A stretch of 64,000 bases of DNA from Gemmatimonadota bacterium (GCA_040389905.1 JAZJZK010000012.1:94929-158928); one strand, 5' to 3'; positions 37,691 through 47,993 are shown, counted from the stretch's first letter. Translations and numbers: made by a program. The notes: generated by a model not told the origin, from the sequence alone.

Positions 37691-38572
37691 ATGATGACAC
37701 GACGAGAAGCACTCCGGATGCTCGGCGCGGTTTCGGCATCGACAATCTTGCCTTTGTCGCGTGGCACGCGTTGGGCGCAACAGACGGCCGTGCCCCCGCT
37801 GGCGCCCGGCGCACCCACCTCGCGCGAACGGATGGCGCTGATCGAGGCATTCCCGAAGGCCTCTGCCGGTGTCGAGCAGCAATTCGAGGCGCGGAGCTTC
37901 GGCACCGATTGGGTCATGCCCTATCGGCTCTTCCGGCCGAAGGCGAGCGGACGACTACCGCTGGTCATGTTCCTGCACGGCAGCGGCGGACAGGGCACCG
38001 ACAACGTCAAGCAAATGGGATTGGGAAACATCTTCGGCACGCGGCTCTGGGCACTGCCGGAACTGCAGGCGAGCTTTCCCTGTTACGTGGTCGTTCCACA
38101 GACCGACCGGGGATGGGTGCGGTATGGCCCTCCGGCCCCCGGTGATTCGATCGCGCGGGTCGTCCCGGGACTTGGCGATGGTGCACGCGTCGCACTGGAC
38201 ATCGTCGATCAACTCATCAAGGAGTTTCCCGTCGACAACCGGCGTATCTACCTCACCGGCCAGTCGATGGGTGGCGCAGGTGTATGGAATATGACGGCCC
38301 ATCGTCCAGGGTTTTTCGCCGCGGCAGTCGCGTGCTGCGGAAGCGCCTCCCTGGACGACGCCGCGGCTTCCCTTGCCACGCCGCTCTGGAACTTCCATGG
38401 CGAGGCCGACCAGACCGTGCCCGTCTCGGTTTCCCGCACGCGCCTCGCCGCGCTACGGAAGGCTGGAGGCCACCCGCTCTCCACTGAATACGCGGGTGTT
38501 GGCCACAACGCGTGGGAATGGGCGTATACGGAGCCAGCGCTTGCGCGATGGGTGTTCAGTCAGCACCGGTGA
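37691..38572 (+). CDS. Tat-exported alpha/beta-hydrolase (esterase/peptidase-like)
   Basis: MMTRREAL twin-Arg signal; FLHGSG, GQSMGG nucleophile elbow, FHGEADQTVP, GHNAW. Confidence 0.88.
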   Translation: MMTRREALRMLGAVSASTILPLSRGTRWAQQTAVPPLAPGAPTSRERMALIEAFPKASAGVEQQFEARSFGTDWVMPYRLFRPKASGRLPLVMFLHGSGGQGTDNVKQMGLGNIFGTRLWALPELQASFPCYVVVPQTDRGWVRYGPPAPGDSIARVVPGLGDGARVALDIVDQLIKEFPVDNRRIYLTGQSMGGAGVWNMTAHRPGFFAAAVACCGSASLDDAAASLATPLWNFHGEADQTVPVSVSRTRLAALRKAGGHPLSTEYAGVGHNAWEWAYTEPALARWVFSQHR

Positions 38573-38580
38573 GCTGACGC

Positions 38581-39339
38581 TCACCGCACCATGAGATACA
38601 GGGACGCAATCAACCCGAAGCAGACGACGGCGGCACGCACGTATCGTTGATTCACCTTTTGCGCGACCATCGCCGTGAGTTGCGCGGCGACGATCGCCGC
38701 AATGGCCATCATGATCGCGAGCTTCCACAGCACCACTCGGCGAAGCACGAACACGACGATGGCCGCGGCGTTCATGCCGAGTCCCGCGACGAGCTTGAGT
38801 CCATTCATGCGATGGACGTCTCGCAGGCCCATCGAGTGGAACATTGCGAGCATGACGAATCCCGCGCCGGCACCGAAGTAGCCACCGTAGATGCCCACGG
38901 CGAATTGAATGGCGAATGACGTCGGGGTCAGTGCCAATGCTTCGACGCTGCCCTCTTCGTCCGCGGCGTTCGCAATGCGGGGGCCGAAGGCAAACAGCAG
39001 CGTTGCGAAGAGAATCAGCCACGGGACCACGCGCGAGAAGACCAGATCGGACGTATGCGTGAGAGCGAATGCGCCAACCGCACCGCCCAACGCGCTGGTG
39101 AGCATCATCTGGCGCTGAAGCCCGGCGGTGCCGACGAGACTCTTCCGGTAGCCGACGGCTCCGCTCAGGCCTCCCGGAAGGAGACCCACCGTACTCGTCG
39201 CGTTGGCGACGATCGGTGGAATGCCGGTCGCGACAAGGACTGGAAACGCGATCAACATCCCGCCACCGGCGATGGCATTCACTGCGCTCGCCGCCGCGGC
39301 TGCGGTCATCGCAAGAGCGATGGTCGAGACATCGCTCAC
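38581..39339 (-). CDS. TauE/SafE (TSUP) family membrane protein
   Basis: VNAIAGGG, ANATST, GIYGGYFGAGAG, MNGLK; start taken at GTG 39339 (the longer ORF is antisense to GH27). Confidence 0.88.
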   Translation of the reverse strand: MSDVSTIALAMTAAAAASAVNAIAGGGMLIAFPVLVATGIPPIVANATSTVGLLPGGLSGAVGYRKSLVGTAGLQRQMMLTSALGGAVGAFALTHTSDLVFSRVVPWLILFATLLFAFGPRIANAADEEGSVEALALTPTSFAIQFAVGIYGGYFGAGAGFVMLAMFHSMGLRDVHRMNGLKLVAGLGMNAAAIVVFVLRRVVLWKLAIMMAIAAIVAAQLTAMVAQKVNQRYVRAAVVCFGLIASLYLMVR

Positions 39340-39429
39340 GGTGGCGTCGTCATCGAGTGCCGAGTCGAGTCCGTCATCCGCGCAAGATAACTGCTTGTTT
39401 TGTCGCCCGATGCGCGCGCAATTTGGGGT

Positions 39430-40776
39430 ATGAAGACTCGTGACGTATTGCCCATTGCCTGCGCGGCGCTCGCATGCCTGGTCGTGCCTGAACTGTTCGC
39501 GCAGCGAGCGCCGCTCGCGCCCACACCGCCCATGGGCTGGAACAGTTGGGACTCGTACGGTACCACAGTCACCGAGGCGCAGGTGAAGGCGAATGCCGAC
39601 GCCATGGCGCGCGACCTCGCTCGCTTCGGGTGGCAGTACATCACGGTCGACATTCAGTGGTACCAGCCCACCGCGCGCGGCCACGATTACGTCGTGGGTG
39701 CTCGACTCTCGATGGACGACTCCGGACGACTGCTCCCTTCCCCCAACAAGTTTCCTTCCGCCGCCAATGGTGCAGGCTTCAAGCCGCTCGCGGACTACAT
39801 CCATGCGAAAGGCCTGAAGTTTGGCATCCACATCATGCGCGGAATCCCGCGCCAGGCCGTCGCAGCCAATGCTCCGATTCCCGGCACACCGTACCACGCA
39901 CGCGACATCGCTGATACCACCAACGGTTGCCGCTGGAATCCCGACATGTGGGGCGTGGATGTCACCAAGCCGGGAGGTCAGGCGTACTACGACGCCATCG
40001 CGACACTCTATGCCTCCTGGGGCGTGGACTTCGTGAAGGCCGACGACATGGGCGATCACAAGTTCCAGCCATCGGAGATTGCGGCCCTCCGTCTCGCGCT
40101 CGACAAGACGCGACGTCCGATCATCCTCAGCATCTCTCCCGGTCCTGCGCCGCTCGGCCAGGCCGCGTTCTTCGCCGAGCATTCGCAGATGTGGCGCATC
40201 TCGGATGACTTCTGGGATAGCTGGCGTCTCGTGCGTAAACAGTTCGACTACACACGTGACTGGGCACCGTACGTAGGCGTGAACGGTGGTTGGCCGGACG
40301 CCGACATGCTTCCGTTCGGGCGCCTTCGCATTACCGACTCGGCCGGCCGCGGTTCGCCGAGCCGCCTCAATGCGGACGAGCAGCGAACGGTAATGACGCT
40401 CTTCAGCATCTTTCGTTCGCCACTGATCATGGGTGGCGATTTGCCGACGATGGACGCTCCCACCCTCGCCTTGCTCACGAATCCAGAGGTGCTGGCGGTG
40501 AACCAAGGCGGGCGAGGTCCTCGCCAGGTACTCGATCAATCCGGAATACGCGTATGGACCTCTCTCGCACCGGCGGCAGCGGATCGCTTCGTGGCGTTAT
40601 TCAATCTCGATACGCTGCCTCGCACCGTTTCGCTCCCGTGGACGGACGTCGCACTTTCAAACGGCCGTCACCGAGTTCGTGACCTCTGGGGACGGAAGGC
40701 CCTCGGCGACGCTGATTCACTGCGCGCCGAATTGCCAGCGCATGGAAGCGTTTTGTACCGTGTCAGCGCACCGTGA
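39430..40776 (+). CDS. glycoside hydrolase family 27 (alpha-galactosidase / beta-L-arabinopyranosidase-like), secreted
   Basis: LAPTPPMGWNSWD, VDIQWY, WGVDFVKADD, MWRISDDFWD, WPDADMLP, SPLIMGGD; signal peptide from ATG 39430. Confidence 0.93.
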   Translation: MKTRDVLPIACAALACLVVPELFAQRAPLAPTPPMGWNSWDSYGTTVTEAQVKANADAMARDLARFGWQYITVDIQWYQPTARGHDYVVGARLSMDDSGRLLPSPNKFPSAANGAGFKPLADYIHAKGLKFGIHIMRGIPRQAVAANAPIPGTPYHARDIADTTNGCRWNPDMWGVDVTKPGGQAYYDAIATLYASWGVDFVKADDMGDHKFQPSEIAALRLALDKTRRPIILSISPGPAPLGQAAFFAEHSQMWRISDDFWDSWRLVRKQFDYTRDWAPYVGVNGGWPDADMLPFGRLRITDSAGRGSPSRLNADEQRTVMTLFSIFRSPLIMGGDLPTMDAPTLALLTNPEVLAVNQGGRGPRQVLDQSGIRVWTSLAPAAADRFVALFNLDTLPRTVSLPWTDVALSNGRHRVRDLWGRKALGDADSLRAELPAHGSVLYRVSAP

Positions 40777-40795
40777 GGGCTATTCCGCCCGTTTA

Positions 40796-40828
40796 GTCGC
40801 CCTGAGCGAAGCGAAGGGCCCGCACCTT
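40796..40828. repeat. 33-bp intergenic REP-like repeat, copy 2
   Basis: Identical to 30516-30548; lies between convergent genes. Confidence 0.85.
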
Positions 40829-40837
40829 ACGATTTGG

Positions 40838-41392
40838 CTATGTGAACCGTGGAGCGAATGCGGCTTTGAGTGCGAGGTTCCGCATCAGTCGGTTCGGTGT
40901 GTCGCGACGCGGTAATCCACTGCCGACATCGGCCGAGGCGTGCAACGTTGATGTCGATTGCCGCCCATCACCGTTGCCGTTGCCATCGCCATCGCCGCGA
41001 CGCAAAAGCAGGATCGCGAGCTCGTAGAGAGCAAGTAGCGGAGCGGCATAGATCAGATTGAGTACCAGGACATCGCCGCGAGTGGCAATCGCCGCCCCTG
41101 CAAACATCAACACGGCTGCGTGACGGCGATATCTCGTCAATACTCCCAGTAGCGTCGTACGCCGCTGCCCGACCGCCGAGTCGTCAGTTGCAGGGCGACC
41201 CTGAAGCTCCTGGAGCGCTCTGTCGAATGCCTCTGACGACACGCCGACTTCCGCCGCCACTTCGCGCAACTGCGCCAGCGAGATCTCCGATGCGGCACGC
41301 GAGTCCAACTCGACGGCGCGAGCTAGCAAACGATGCGCGGCGTCCTCCGTGAGCCACTCCCTATCGCGCGGATCTTCGTCATGGTTCGGCAT
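40838..41392 (-). CDS. hypothetical membrane protein with a TatC-C-terminus-like helix pair
   Basis: ATG 41392; helical N-domain (LLARAVELD...LAQLREVAAEVGVS) then RYRRHAAVLMFAGAAIATRGD...APLLALYELAILL. Confidence 0.6.
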   Translation of the reverse strand: MPNHDEDPRDREWLTEDAAHRLLARAVELDSRAASEISLAQLREVAAEVGVSSEAFDRALQELQGRPATDDSAVGQRRTTLLGVLTRYRRHAAVLMFAGAAIATRGDVLVLNLIYAAPLLALYELAILLLRRGDGDGNGNGDGRQSTSTLHASADVGSGLPRRDTPNRLMRNLALKAAFAPRFT

Positions 41393-41689
41393 TGTCGGCG
41401 GTCTCGGTTGTGTTCGCCAAAGGTGAAGAGCGGACTTCACGGATGCAACGGAATGAGCACGGATCCAATCCTGAAGCAATCCGGCAGTTTCAGTCAAAAT
41501 CCGTTTCATCCGCTCCTGAAACGAAAAGGGTCACCATCCGCACCCCCCGGCAAATGATTCCCCCGTTTAGCGAGCCACCACGAGCTGCGTGTTCCGGCGA
41601 TCTGTTCCGTTCATCGTCATGTGCGACCTCGGTACGAGTGAGAATGGTGCGCCCCCGGAGATATTGAAAGCCGGATCGCCGAGTCTAGA

Positions 41690-44600
41690 TTGGGGCACGC
41701 GAGCGCGTCATTCTCACGCCGCCCTGTCCGGCGGCTCACCGGTACAAATCGCTTGAACGTGAGGCCGACCGCTTCGGCGCATCTACGACTGGTGACACTC
41801 GGCTCGCTCTCACTTGAGCGCGAAGGCGGGAAAGAAGTCGCGTCCATTCTGACGCAGCCGAAGCGCCTGGCCCTCCTCGCGTACCTCACGTGCGCGAATC
41901 CGCGCGGACTTCACCAGCGCGACCGCGTGCTCGGAATGTTCTGGCCGGAGCTGGACCAGGAGCGCGCACGGGCGGCACTCAGCCAATCGCTCTACGTGCT
42001 CAAGAAAGCGCTTGGACCCGATGTGATCGTGACGCGCGGTGCGGACCAGGTCGGGGTCGACCATACGGTCGTATGGTGCGACGCCACCGCCTTCGAAGAG
42101 GCGCTCGAGCGCGGCAATGTGGATGCGGCGCTCGGCCTCTATCGCGGGGGCCTTCTGGCGGGGTTCTTCCTGTCGGACGCGTCGGGGTTCGAGGACTGGC
42201 TCGAGCGGGAGCGCCGCCGCCTGAGCGGACTCGCCGAGTCGGCTGCGTGGGAGGTCGCCGCGCGACGTGAGTCGGCCGGCGACTCGAGGGCAGCCATCGT
42301 CGCCGCGCGCCGGGCCTTCGAGCTGTCCACGCACGATGAGTCGAGTATGCGCCGCCTTCTCGCGCTCCTCGACCGAATGGGCGATCGCGCCGGCGCGCTC
42401 GACGAGTACGACCGGTATGCGAAGAAGCTGCGCATCCAGTTCGACGCGGATCCGGCGCCTGAGACGCAGGCGCTCATTACCGCGATCCGGGCCCGCGCTG
42501 CTCACCGGGAGCTGGCCCCGCTCGATCCCGTTCCCGTCGCGGCCTCAGACGGGGTGACCGCGCACCAGGCACCCGCATCGCTGGAAGTGCCGCCTGCAGC
42601 GCCGACCCCTGCGCCTCCAGGCGCGGCCCCGCGGACTCGCTGGCCACGCTACGCAATGGCGGGGGGCGTCGCGCTCGCAGGTGCGCTGGCGATCCTCGCA
42701 TTCTGGCCACGAAGCTCCGCGAGCGATTTTTCCGGCAGTCGGATCGCCGTGTTGCCCTTCACGCACATCGGTGCAGCAGAGACCCGGTATCTCAGCCAGG
42801 GCGTGGTCGACCTGCTCGCGACGAAGCTCGACGGCGCCGGCGAGCTGCAGGCCGTCGATCCACGCGCGATGCACACGCGTGTTGGGAGCGATTCGACGCT
42901 CTCGTCGAGCCCGGAGCGCGCGAAGGCGATCGCCCGCGAATTCCGCGCCGGCTACTATCTCCTCGGCAACGTCACGCAAGCGGGACGCTCGATTCATCTT
43001 CGCGCGACGCTCTACGATCATGATGGCCGGACCCAGGGTCGCGCGGAAAGCACCGCGGAAGACGAAAGCGCGTTGTTCCGCGCGGTGGATGACCTCGCGC
43101 GGGTGCTTCTCTCGGAGTTGAATCGCGGATCGAACCGGCGGCTGGAGCAGGTGGCCGGCCTCACGACCCACTCGGTGCCGGCGCTCAAGTTCTATCTCGA
43201 AGGAGACCGCGAGCTTCGCGGAGGCCGCTTTAGCGCGGCTGCGCAGAATTTTCAGGAAGCGATCCGCGAGGACACCACCTTCGCGCTCGCGTACTACCGC
43301 ATGGCGCTGGTCCTCGACCAGATCGGCGGAGACTCTTTGCAGCAGGTGATGCTCGCGTCAGCAGTGCGTCACAGCGGCAGGCTCAGCGAGCATGACCGGC
43401 GACTCGTCGAGGCATTGGCGCAGTTCCACCGGGGTTCACTCGACGTTGCGGAAGGTCAGTATGCGCACATCGTCGCGCAGTTCCCGCATGATACCGAGGC
43501 GTGGCGGCAGCTCGGCGAACTCGTGTTCCATACCGCACCGGTGCGTGGCCGCAGCATGCTGGAGGCATGGCACCCCTTCGAGCGACTGGTGGAGCTCGAC
43601 CCTGAGGATGTCAGCGGGCTGACACACTTCGCGCGTCTCGCCGCACTGCGGGGCGACCTGCCCAGATTGCGCGACATACATCGCCGCGTTGCGCGCCTCG
43701 AGCCCGGATTGGCGCGCGAAGCGGAAGTGCGACTCCTCCTCGCGTACAGGGAAGCGCCGAGGGCGAGAGCGGCGCAGGTGATGGACACGCTCGCTCGCGC
43801 ATTTTCCGCCGAGGATCTCTGGAACTGGGCGGCGCGCGTTGCGACGTTCACGGAGAATCCGCAGGCGCTCCTCGACGCGAGCGCCATACTTGCGCGCACC
43901 GAGCAGCCGACGGCGGCGCGCGCCGTGAGCCACGTACTTCGTGCCCAGGCCTTCGCGACCCTGGGGCGCTGGCGCAATGCTCGCACCGAGATAGCGCGGC
44001 TGCAACGGCTCGATCCCATCACCGGTTCGTTGCTCGGCGGCTACCTCGCCGTACTCCCGTTCGCTGCGGGCGACGCTTCGCATCTCGAGGCGGCCCGTGC
44101 GGACTTGATGCGAGGCTTCCCCGTTTCGGCATCGCGAACGATGGTGATGGGCGACCTCGAGGTGATTCCGCACAAGGCCATGCGGCACGCGTTGCTGGGG
44201 CTCGTTGAGTTGAGGCTTGGCAAACGTGGCGCGGCAGCGCGCCATGCGGACTCGATCGATGCGCTCTCAGTTCATCCGGCGCACCGAACGGGGCAGGCTG
44301 CGGTCGTCCTCCGCGCAGCCCTCGCGAGCGCCAACGACCAGCGCGCTGCGGCGCTCGGCACGATCGAGGAGTTTCGTCGCGAGCACAATCAACGCGGCAG
44401 CTACTGGGGCTTCCCAGCCTTCAACAATGCGCTGGAACGACACCTGCGCGCCGAGCTCCTGCTGCAGGCGGGACGGGAGCAGGAGGCATTCGGCTGGTTC
44501 GCGAGCGTGAACCAGGACCTGATGTTCAACTACTTTTTCCTCGCTCCCTCACATCTCCGCCGAGGAGAGATCCTGGATCGGCGGGGAAAACGCGCCGAGG

Positions 44601-44695
44601 CGAAGCTGCACTACGAGAAGTACCTGGCGCTGCGGCAGGGTGCCGATCCCGAGCTGCAAGGAGAGATCCGACGAGTCGAGGAGCGGATGCGCTGA
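41690..44695 (+). CDS. SARP/BTAD-type DNA-binding regulator with TM helix, TolB-N-like domain and TPRs
   Basis: QPKRLALLAYL, RDRVLGMFWPE, LYRGGLLAGF, FEDWLE; TM (AMAGGVALAGALAILAFW); RIAVLPF; TTHSVPALKFYLEG. Start probably slightly downstream. Confidence 0.88.
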   Translation: MGHASASFSRRPVRRLTGTNRLNVRPTASAHLRLVTLGSLSLEREGGKEVASILTQPKRLALLAYLTCANPRGLHQRDRVLGMFWPELDQERARAALSQSLYVLKKALGPDVIVTRGADQVGVDHTVVWCDATAFEEALERGNVDAALGLYRGGLLAGFFLSDASGFEDWLERERRRLSGLAESAAWEVAARRESAGDSRAAIVAARRAFELSTHDESSMRRLLALLDRMGDRAGALDEYDRYAKKLRIQFDADPAPETQALITAIRARAAHRELAPLDPVPVAASDGVTAHQAPASLEVPPAAPTPAPPGAAPRTRWPRYAMAGGVALAGALAILAFWPRSSASDFSGSRIAVLPFTHIGAAETRYLSQGVVDLLATKLDGAGELQAVDPRAMHTRVGSDSTLSSSPERAKAIAREFRAGYYLLGNVTQAGRSIHLRATLYDHDGRTQGRAESTAEDESALFRAVDDLARVLLSELNRGSNRRLEQVAGLTTHSVPALKFYLEGDRELRGGRFSAAAQNFQEAIREDTTFALAYYRMALVLDQIGGDSLQQVMLASAVRHSGRLSEHDRRLVEALAQFHRGSLDVAEGQYAHIVAQFPHDTEAWRQLGELVFHTAPVRGRSMLEAWHPFERLVELDPEDVSGLTHFARLAALRGDLPRLRDIHRRVARLEPGLAREAEVRLLLAYREAPRARAAQVMDTLARAFSAEDLWNWAARVATFTENPQALLDASAILARTEQPTAARAVSHVLRAQAFATLGRWRNARTEIARLQRLDPITGSLLGGYLAVLPFAAGDASHLEAARADLMRGFPVSASRTMVMGDLEVIPHKAMRHALLGLVELRLGKRGAAARHADSIDALSVHPAHRTGQAAVVLRAALASANDQRAAALGTIEEFRREHNQRGSYWGFPAFNNALERHLRAELLLQAGREQEAFGWFASVNQDLMFNYFFLAPSHLRRGEILDRRGKRAEAKLHYEKYLALRQGADPELQGEIRRVEERMR

Positions 44696-44712
44696 TCGGC
44701 CCCTACCGGAAC

Positions 44713-45528
44713 TTATGCCTTTCGCCGACGTGCAGCGATACCTGCGATACCCAGAAGTCCCGTCGCCAACAGCACCACTGAGGCGGGCTCCGGCACGGCG
44801 GAGGGCTCCAACTGGAACTCAGCGGCAAAAAGTTGGCCGCCGTTGGTGCCCGTGACATTCACGGACCCCAGCTCCGTACCACTTCGCGAATACTGAAACA
44901 AGGTGGCGGACGGGTCGTTGTTGCTGAACCACAGCGTCTCGTCCACATAATCGTACGCCAGCGCCGAGATGCCGTTTCCCACCACGTTAGGGGTAAACGA
45001 CGAGAGCAGCGTACCGTTCATGGCGTACTGAAAGATGCTGTTGTTGTATGAACCATTGCCGTACTGGCCCACCCACAGCGAATTCGTGCCTGAGTCGTAG
45101 GTGATGCCGACCAGGTTGCCGGGAATCGACGTCGAGATGAAGGGAGCGAGGCCGCTCCAGTCCGTATTGGCGCGCCAGATTCCACCGTAATAGCTGCTCG
45201 CGTAGTTGTACGTCCCATCGGTAGTGCCGTCGAAGAAGCAGCACAGACCGGTCGTGTTGGGGACCGGAGCACCCGTTGGAGTACCACCAAAGGTGTAGCC
45301 TTGGCCCGAGTACCCGTTCGCAGAACCAAGGGTTCGGATGTCGCTCGAGACGGCGAGCCCGAACGCTTGGATGGTCGCCGGCGTGAACTGGCTGGTCACG
45401 GCGCCCCCCTGGATCGTGAAGATCTGGGAGTCATAGCCATCCGTGACGTACAAAGGCCTGGACTGGGCTTGGGCGGGCGCTGCAAGCAGGGCTATCCCAA
45501 GAGCCGAGACGAAGGGAAGAGTGCGCAT
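44713..45528 (-). CDS. PEP-CTERM sorting-domain protein
   Basis: Signal MRTLPFVSALGIALLAAPAQA; S/T/G/N-rich body; VPEPASVVLLATGLLGIAGIAARRRKA. Confidence 0.92.
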   Translation of the reverse strand: MRTLPFVSALGIALLAAPAQAQSRPLYVTDGYDSQIFTIQGGAVTSQFTPATIQAFGLAVSSDIRTLGSANGYSGQGYTFGGTPTGAPVPNTTGLCCFFDGTTDGTYNYASSYYGGIWRANTDWSGLAPFISTSIPGNLVGITYDSGTNSLWVGQYGNGSYNNSIFQYAMNGTLLSSFTPNVVGNGISALAYDYVDETLWFSNNDPSATLFQYSRSGTELGSVNVTGTNGGQLFAAEFQLEPSAVPEPASVVLLATGLLGIAGIAARRRKA

Positions 45529-46169
45529 TGGTGGGGAATGAGGAGGGAGGTGGTGAGGCGAGGGGGACCCGAAGCCCGTATGCCGCGCCAGGGATCGGGG
45601 CATCCTAGCCGGCCCTTCTCACGCCGCTCTCTCCTGCGGCTCACCGCGTAAATCGGGTGAAGCTGAGACCGCTCTGACTTGGCGCAAAATCGCTCACACA
45701 TCGGGGCAAGAGGCGAATCGCGACGTCGGCGCGCGCGGCGAACGCTCAGCGCGACTCCGGCGGCGTGAGGCTCAATTCACCGCGCAGGTGGGCCGCGAGC
45801 CAGGTCGCGCCCCGATGCGAGAGGTTGGGCACCCCCTCGCCGACTGGACGATCAGCATAACGCCAGAGGATTTGTACACCATCTGTCAGTCGTGCGGTGG
45901 GCCGATGGTTGGATTCATTTTGACTCGTTCGTGGCGGCGGCGATGTCCTGGTTTTCGAGCGTGGCTCCAAGGGCCAATGCGCGCCAGTCCGCGGTTCAAT
46001 GCCTCGACACCTTATCAGAAGGTCGGTGCACACGCAGTCCGCATTTGCGAAATTCCCTTGCCCCTTGCAGTTTCTGGCGGCGCGGTAGGCTCCCACGCGT
46101 CATTGCAGCGTCATTCCCATACGAACCGGTGCGTCATGGGAAGAGAGCAGAAGCCTGACGGCGTTCATC

Positions 46170-47774
46170 ATGAATGGCGAATCGAAGGCACGCGAAACGG
46201 AAGGCCGGATGTATCCTGGCGTATCATCCGGGAGCCAGACCGCTGACATTGCCGAGACGGAGGTCCTCCTTCGACAAGTCTCGCGACTGCTCGCCCCCGA
46301 CTATGAAATCGACGCGCAACTTGGGCGCGGAGGCATGGCGGTCGTGTATGCTGCCACGCATAACAGCACTCGGCAGCGAGTGGCGATCAAGGTCCTTCCG
46401 CCACAGCTGGCTTCCACGGTCGCGGCCGCGCGCGAACGCTTCGTTCGCGAAGCCCGGCTCGCGGCCGCGCTCATCCACCCCGGCATTGTGCCTGTGCACG
46501 CAGCGGCGATCAAGGATGACATCGCCTACTTCGTGATGGCACTGGTGGAAGGCGAGAGCCTCGCCCAGCGCCTCATGCGTGAGCCACGTCTGTCCACGGC
46601 CGACGCACGTTTGCTCCTTGCCGAAATCGCCGATGCGTTGCGCTGTGCGCACAGCGCCGGCGTAATGCATCGCGACATCAAGCCCGACAACATTCTTATC
46701 GAAGACCCAACCGGTCGCGCGATGCTCAGTGATTTCGGCATCGCCCGCGTGCTGGATGATACCGCGCGCCTTACGCGCGAAGATGTAATAGTTGGCACGC
46801 CGGAGTACATGTCCCCGGAGCAGGCTCGCGGCGACGCTGACATCGATCATCGCGCGGATATCTACTCCCTCGGAATCGTCGGGTATGAGATCCTCGCGGG
46901 CCACCGTCCTTTCTTGGCCCGGAATGCCATGGCGGTCCTCGCCAAGCACGTCAACGAGCCGCTGCCGCCGCTGCTCGCGTCGCGTCCAGACGTTCCGCCG
47001 GACATGGTCTACGCGATCGAACGGGCATTGGAGAAACAGCCGGAAGACCGATGGGACAGTGCCTCAGATTTTCTGGCGGCGCTGGGCGGTCTTCCGTCAT
47101 CCCCGGAGCGCGCACAGCGGTACCCCAGCGCGAGCGTCCGCGCGTTCACCATCGCGGAGCAGCGGGCCGACTACGCGAAGCGCCGCCTCGGCCGATTTCG
47201 GCGACAGGCGCGTGCATCGCTCGGTGTCACGGGTGGGCTCGGAATCATGCTGGCGCTGCTCGAGGCGGACACGCTGCCTGCCGTGGCACTCGTTAGCGTG
47301 CCCCTGGTTGGTCTGGTGATCGAGGGTGCGCGCCTGTATGCCGACGGAATCCCCGTGTCCTGGATGCTTTCGGTCATTTTCAACACTGGCGACACCGGTC
47401 CGGAGCGGGCGTTGCCTGACCCGCGGGAGCGGTATGCCGCTCGCTGCGAGGTGGCGCGCCGGGGCGCGGCGAACGAGGTGACTGAGATCCGGCGCCTGCT
47501 CGAGACGCTGTCGGAACATGACCGTCCCCTGATCACGCACGTTGATGCAACGGTTGCGGCACTTCTCGATGATATGGAGGCGCTGACCGAGCAGTTGCTG
47601 ACGAACACCGACGACGCCCCAGTGCACACGGATACCAAGGGAGAGACGCTGCTCAAGCTCGACAGCGTCGTCGATGCCATGTATGGGATTCGGCTGGACC
47701 TCATGGAGCAGCGGGAGAAAGCGCTCCGTCGTGGCGCGTCAACGAGCACTGAGGCGTCCGATGAAGAACGCTAG
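46170..47774 (+). CDS. Hanks-type Ser/Thr protein kinase with C-terminal TM and helical region
   Basis: LGRGGMAVVY, VAIKVL, HRDIKPDNIL, DFGIAR, GTPEYMSPEQ, DIYSLG. Confidence 0.93.
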   Translation: MNGESKARETEGRMYPGVSSGSQTADIAETEVLLRQVSRLLAPDYEIDAQLGRGGMAVVYAATHNSTRQRVAIKVLPPQLASTVAAARERFVREARLAAALIHPGIVPVHAAAIKDDIAYFVMALVEGESLAQRLMREPRLSTADARLLLAEIADALRCAHSAGVMHRDIKPDNILIEDPTGRAMLSDFGIARVLDDTARLTREDVIVGTPEYMSPEQARGDADIDHRADIYSLGIVGYEILAGHRPFLARNAMAVLAKHVNEPLPPLLASRPDVPPDMVYAIERALEKQPEDRWDSASDFLAALGGLPSSPERAQRYPSASVRAFTIAEQRADYAKRRLGRFRRQARASLGVTGGLGIMLALLEADTLPAVALVSVPLVGLVIEGARLYADGIPVSWMLSVIFNTGDTGPERALPDPRERYAARCEVARRGAANEVTEIRRLLETLSEHDRPLITHVDATVAALLDDMEALTEQLLTNTDDAPVHTDTKGETLLKLDSVVDAMYGIRLDLMEQREKALRRGASTSTEASDEER

Positions 47775-47993
47775 CGTCGTTACGGCGATTGCCAGCAGCA
47801 TGAACGCCAGCTTGCCAATCATCGGGGGACGCTCCGCGGGACGGAGATCGCGCGTGTGCGAGTCGATTTCGTTCTTCAGCTCGTCTTGTTCCTCGTAGAG
47901 CGCCTCGACGTATCGCTGCACATCCTCGCTTTCGTGCGCAGCGACATAGGCGAGGAGCTCCTCTCTCGACATGGTCGGATTGTCGTCGGTCAC
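47739..47993 (-). CDS. small hypothetical protein with C-terminal TM helix
   Basis: Acidic helical N-part plus LAFMLLAIAVTTLAFFIG; GTGA overlap with the upstream ORF. Confidence 0.45.
   Translation of the reverse strand: MTDDNPTMSREELLAYVAAHESEDVQRYVEALYEEQDELKNEIDSHTRDLRPAERPPMIGKLAFMLLAIAVTTLAFFIGRLSAR

Noticed and set aside
39340..40539. Apparent large N-terminal fusion to TauE (652-aa ORF)
   Set aside because: The extension is the antisense of the GH27 gene.
45746..46169. ORFs between the PEP-CTERM and kinase genes
   Set aside because: Mutually overlapping with no recognisable protein features; probably non-coding or decayed.
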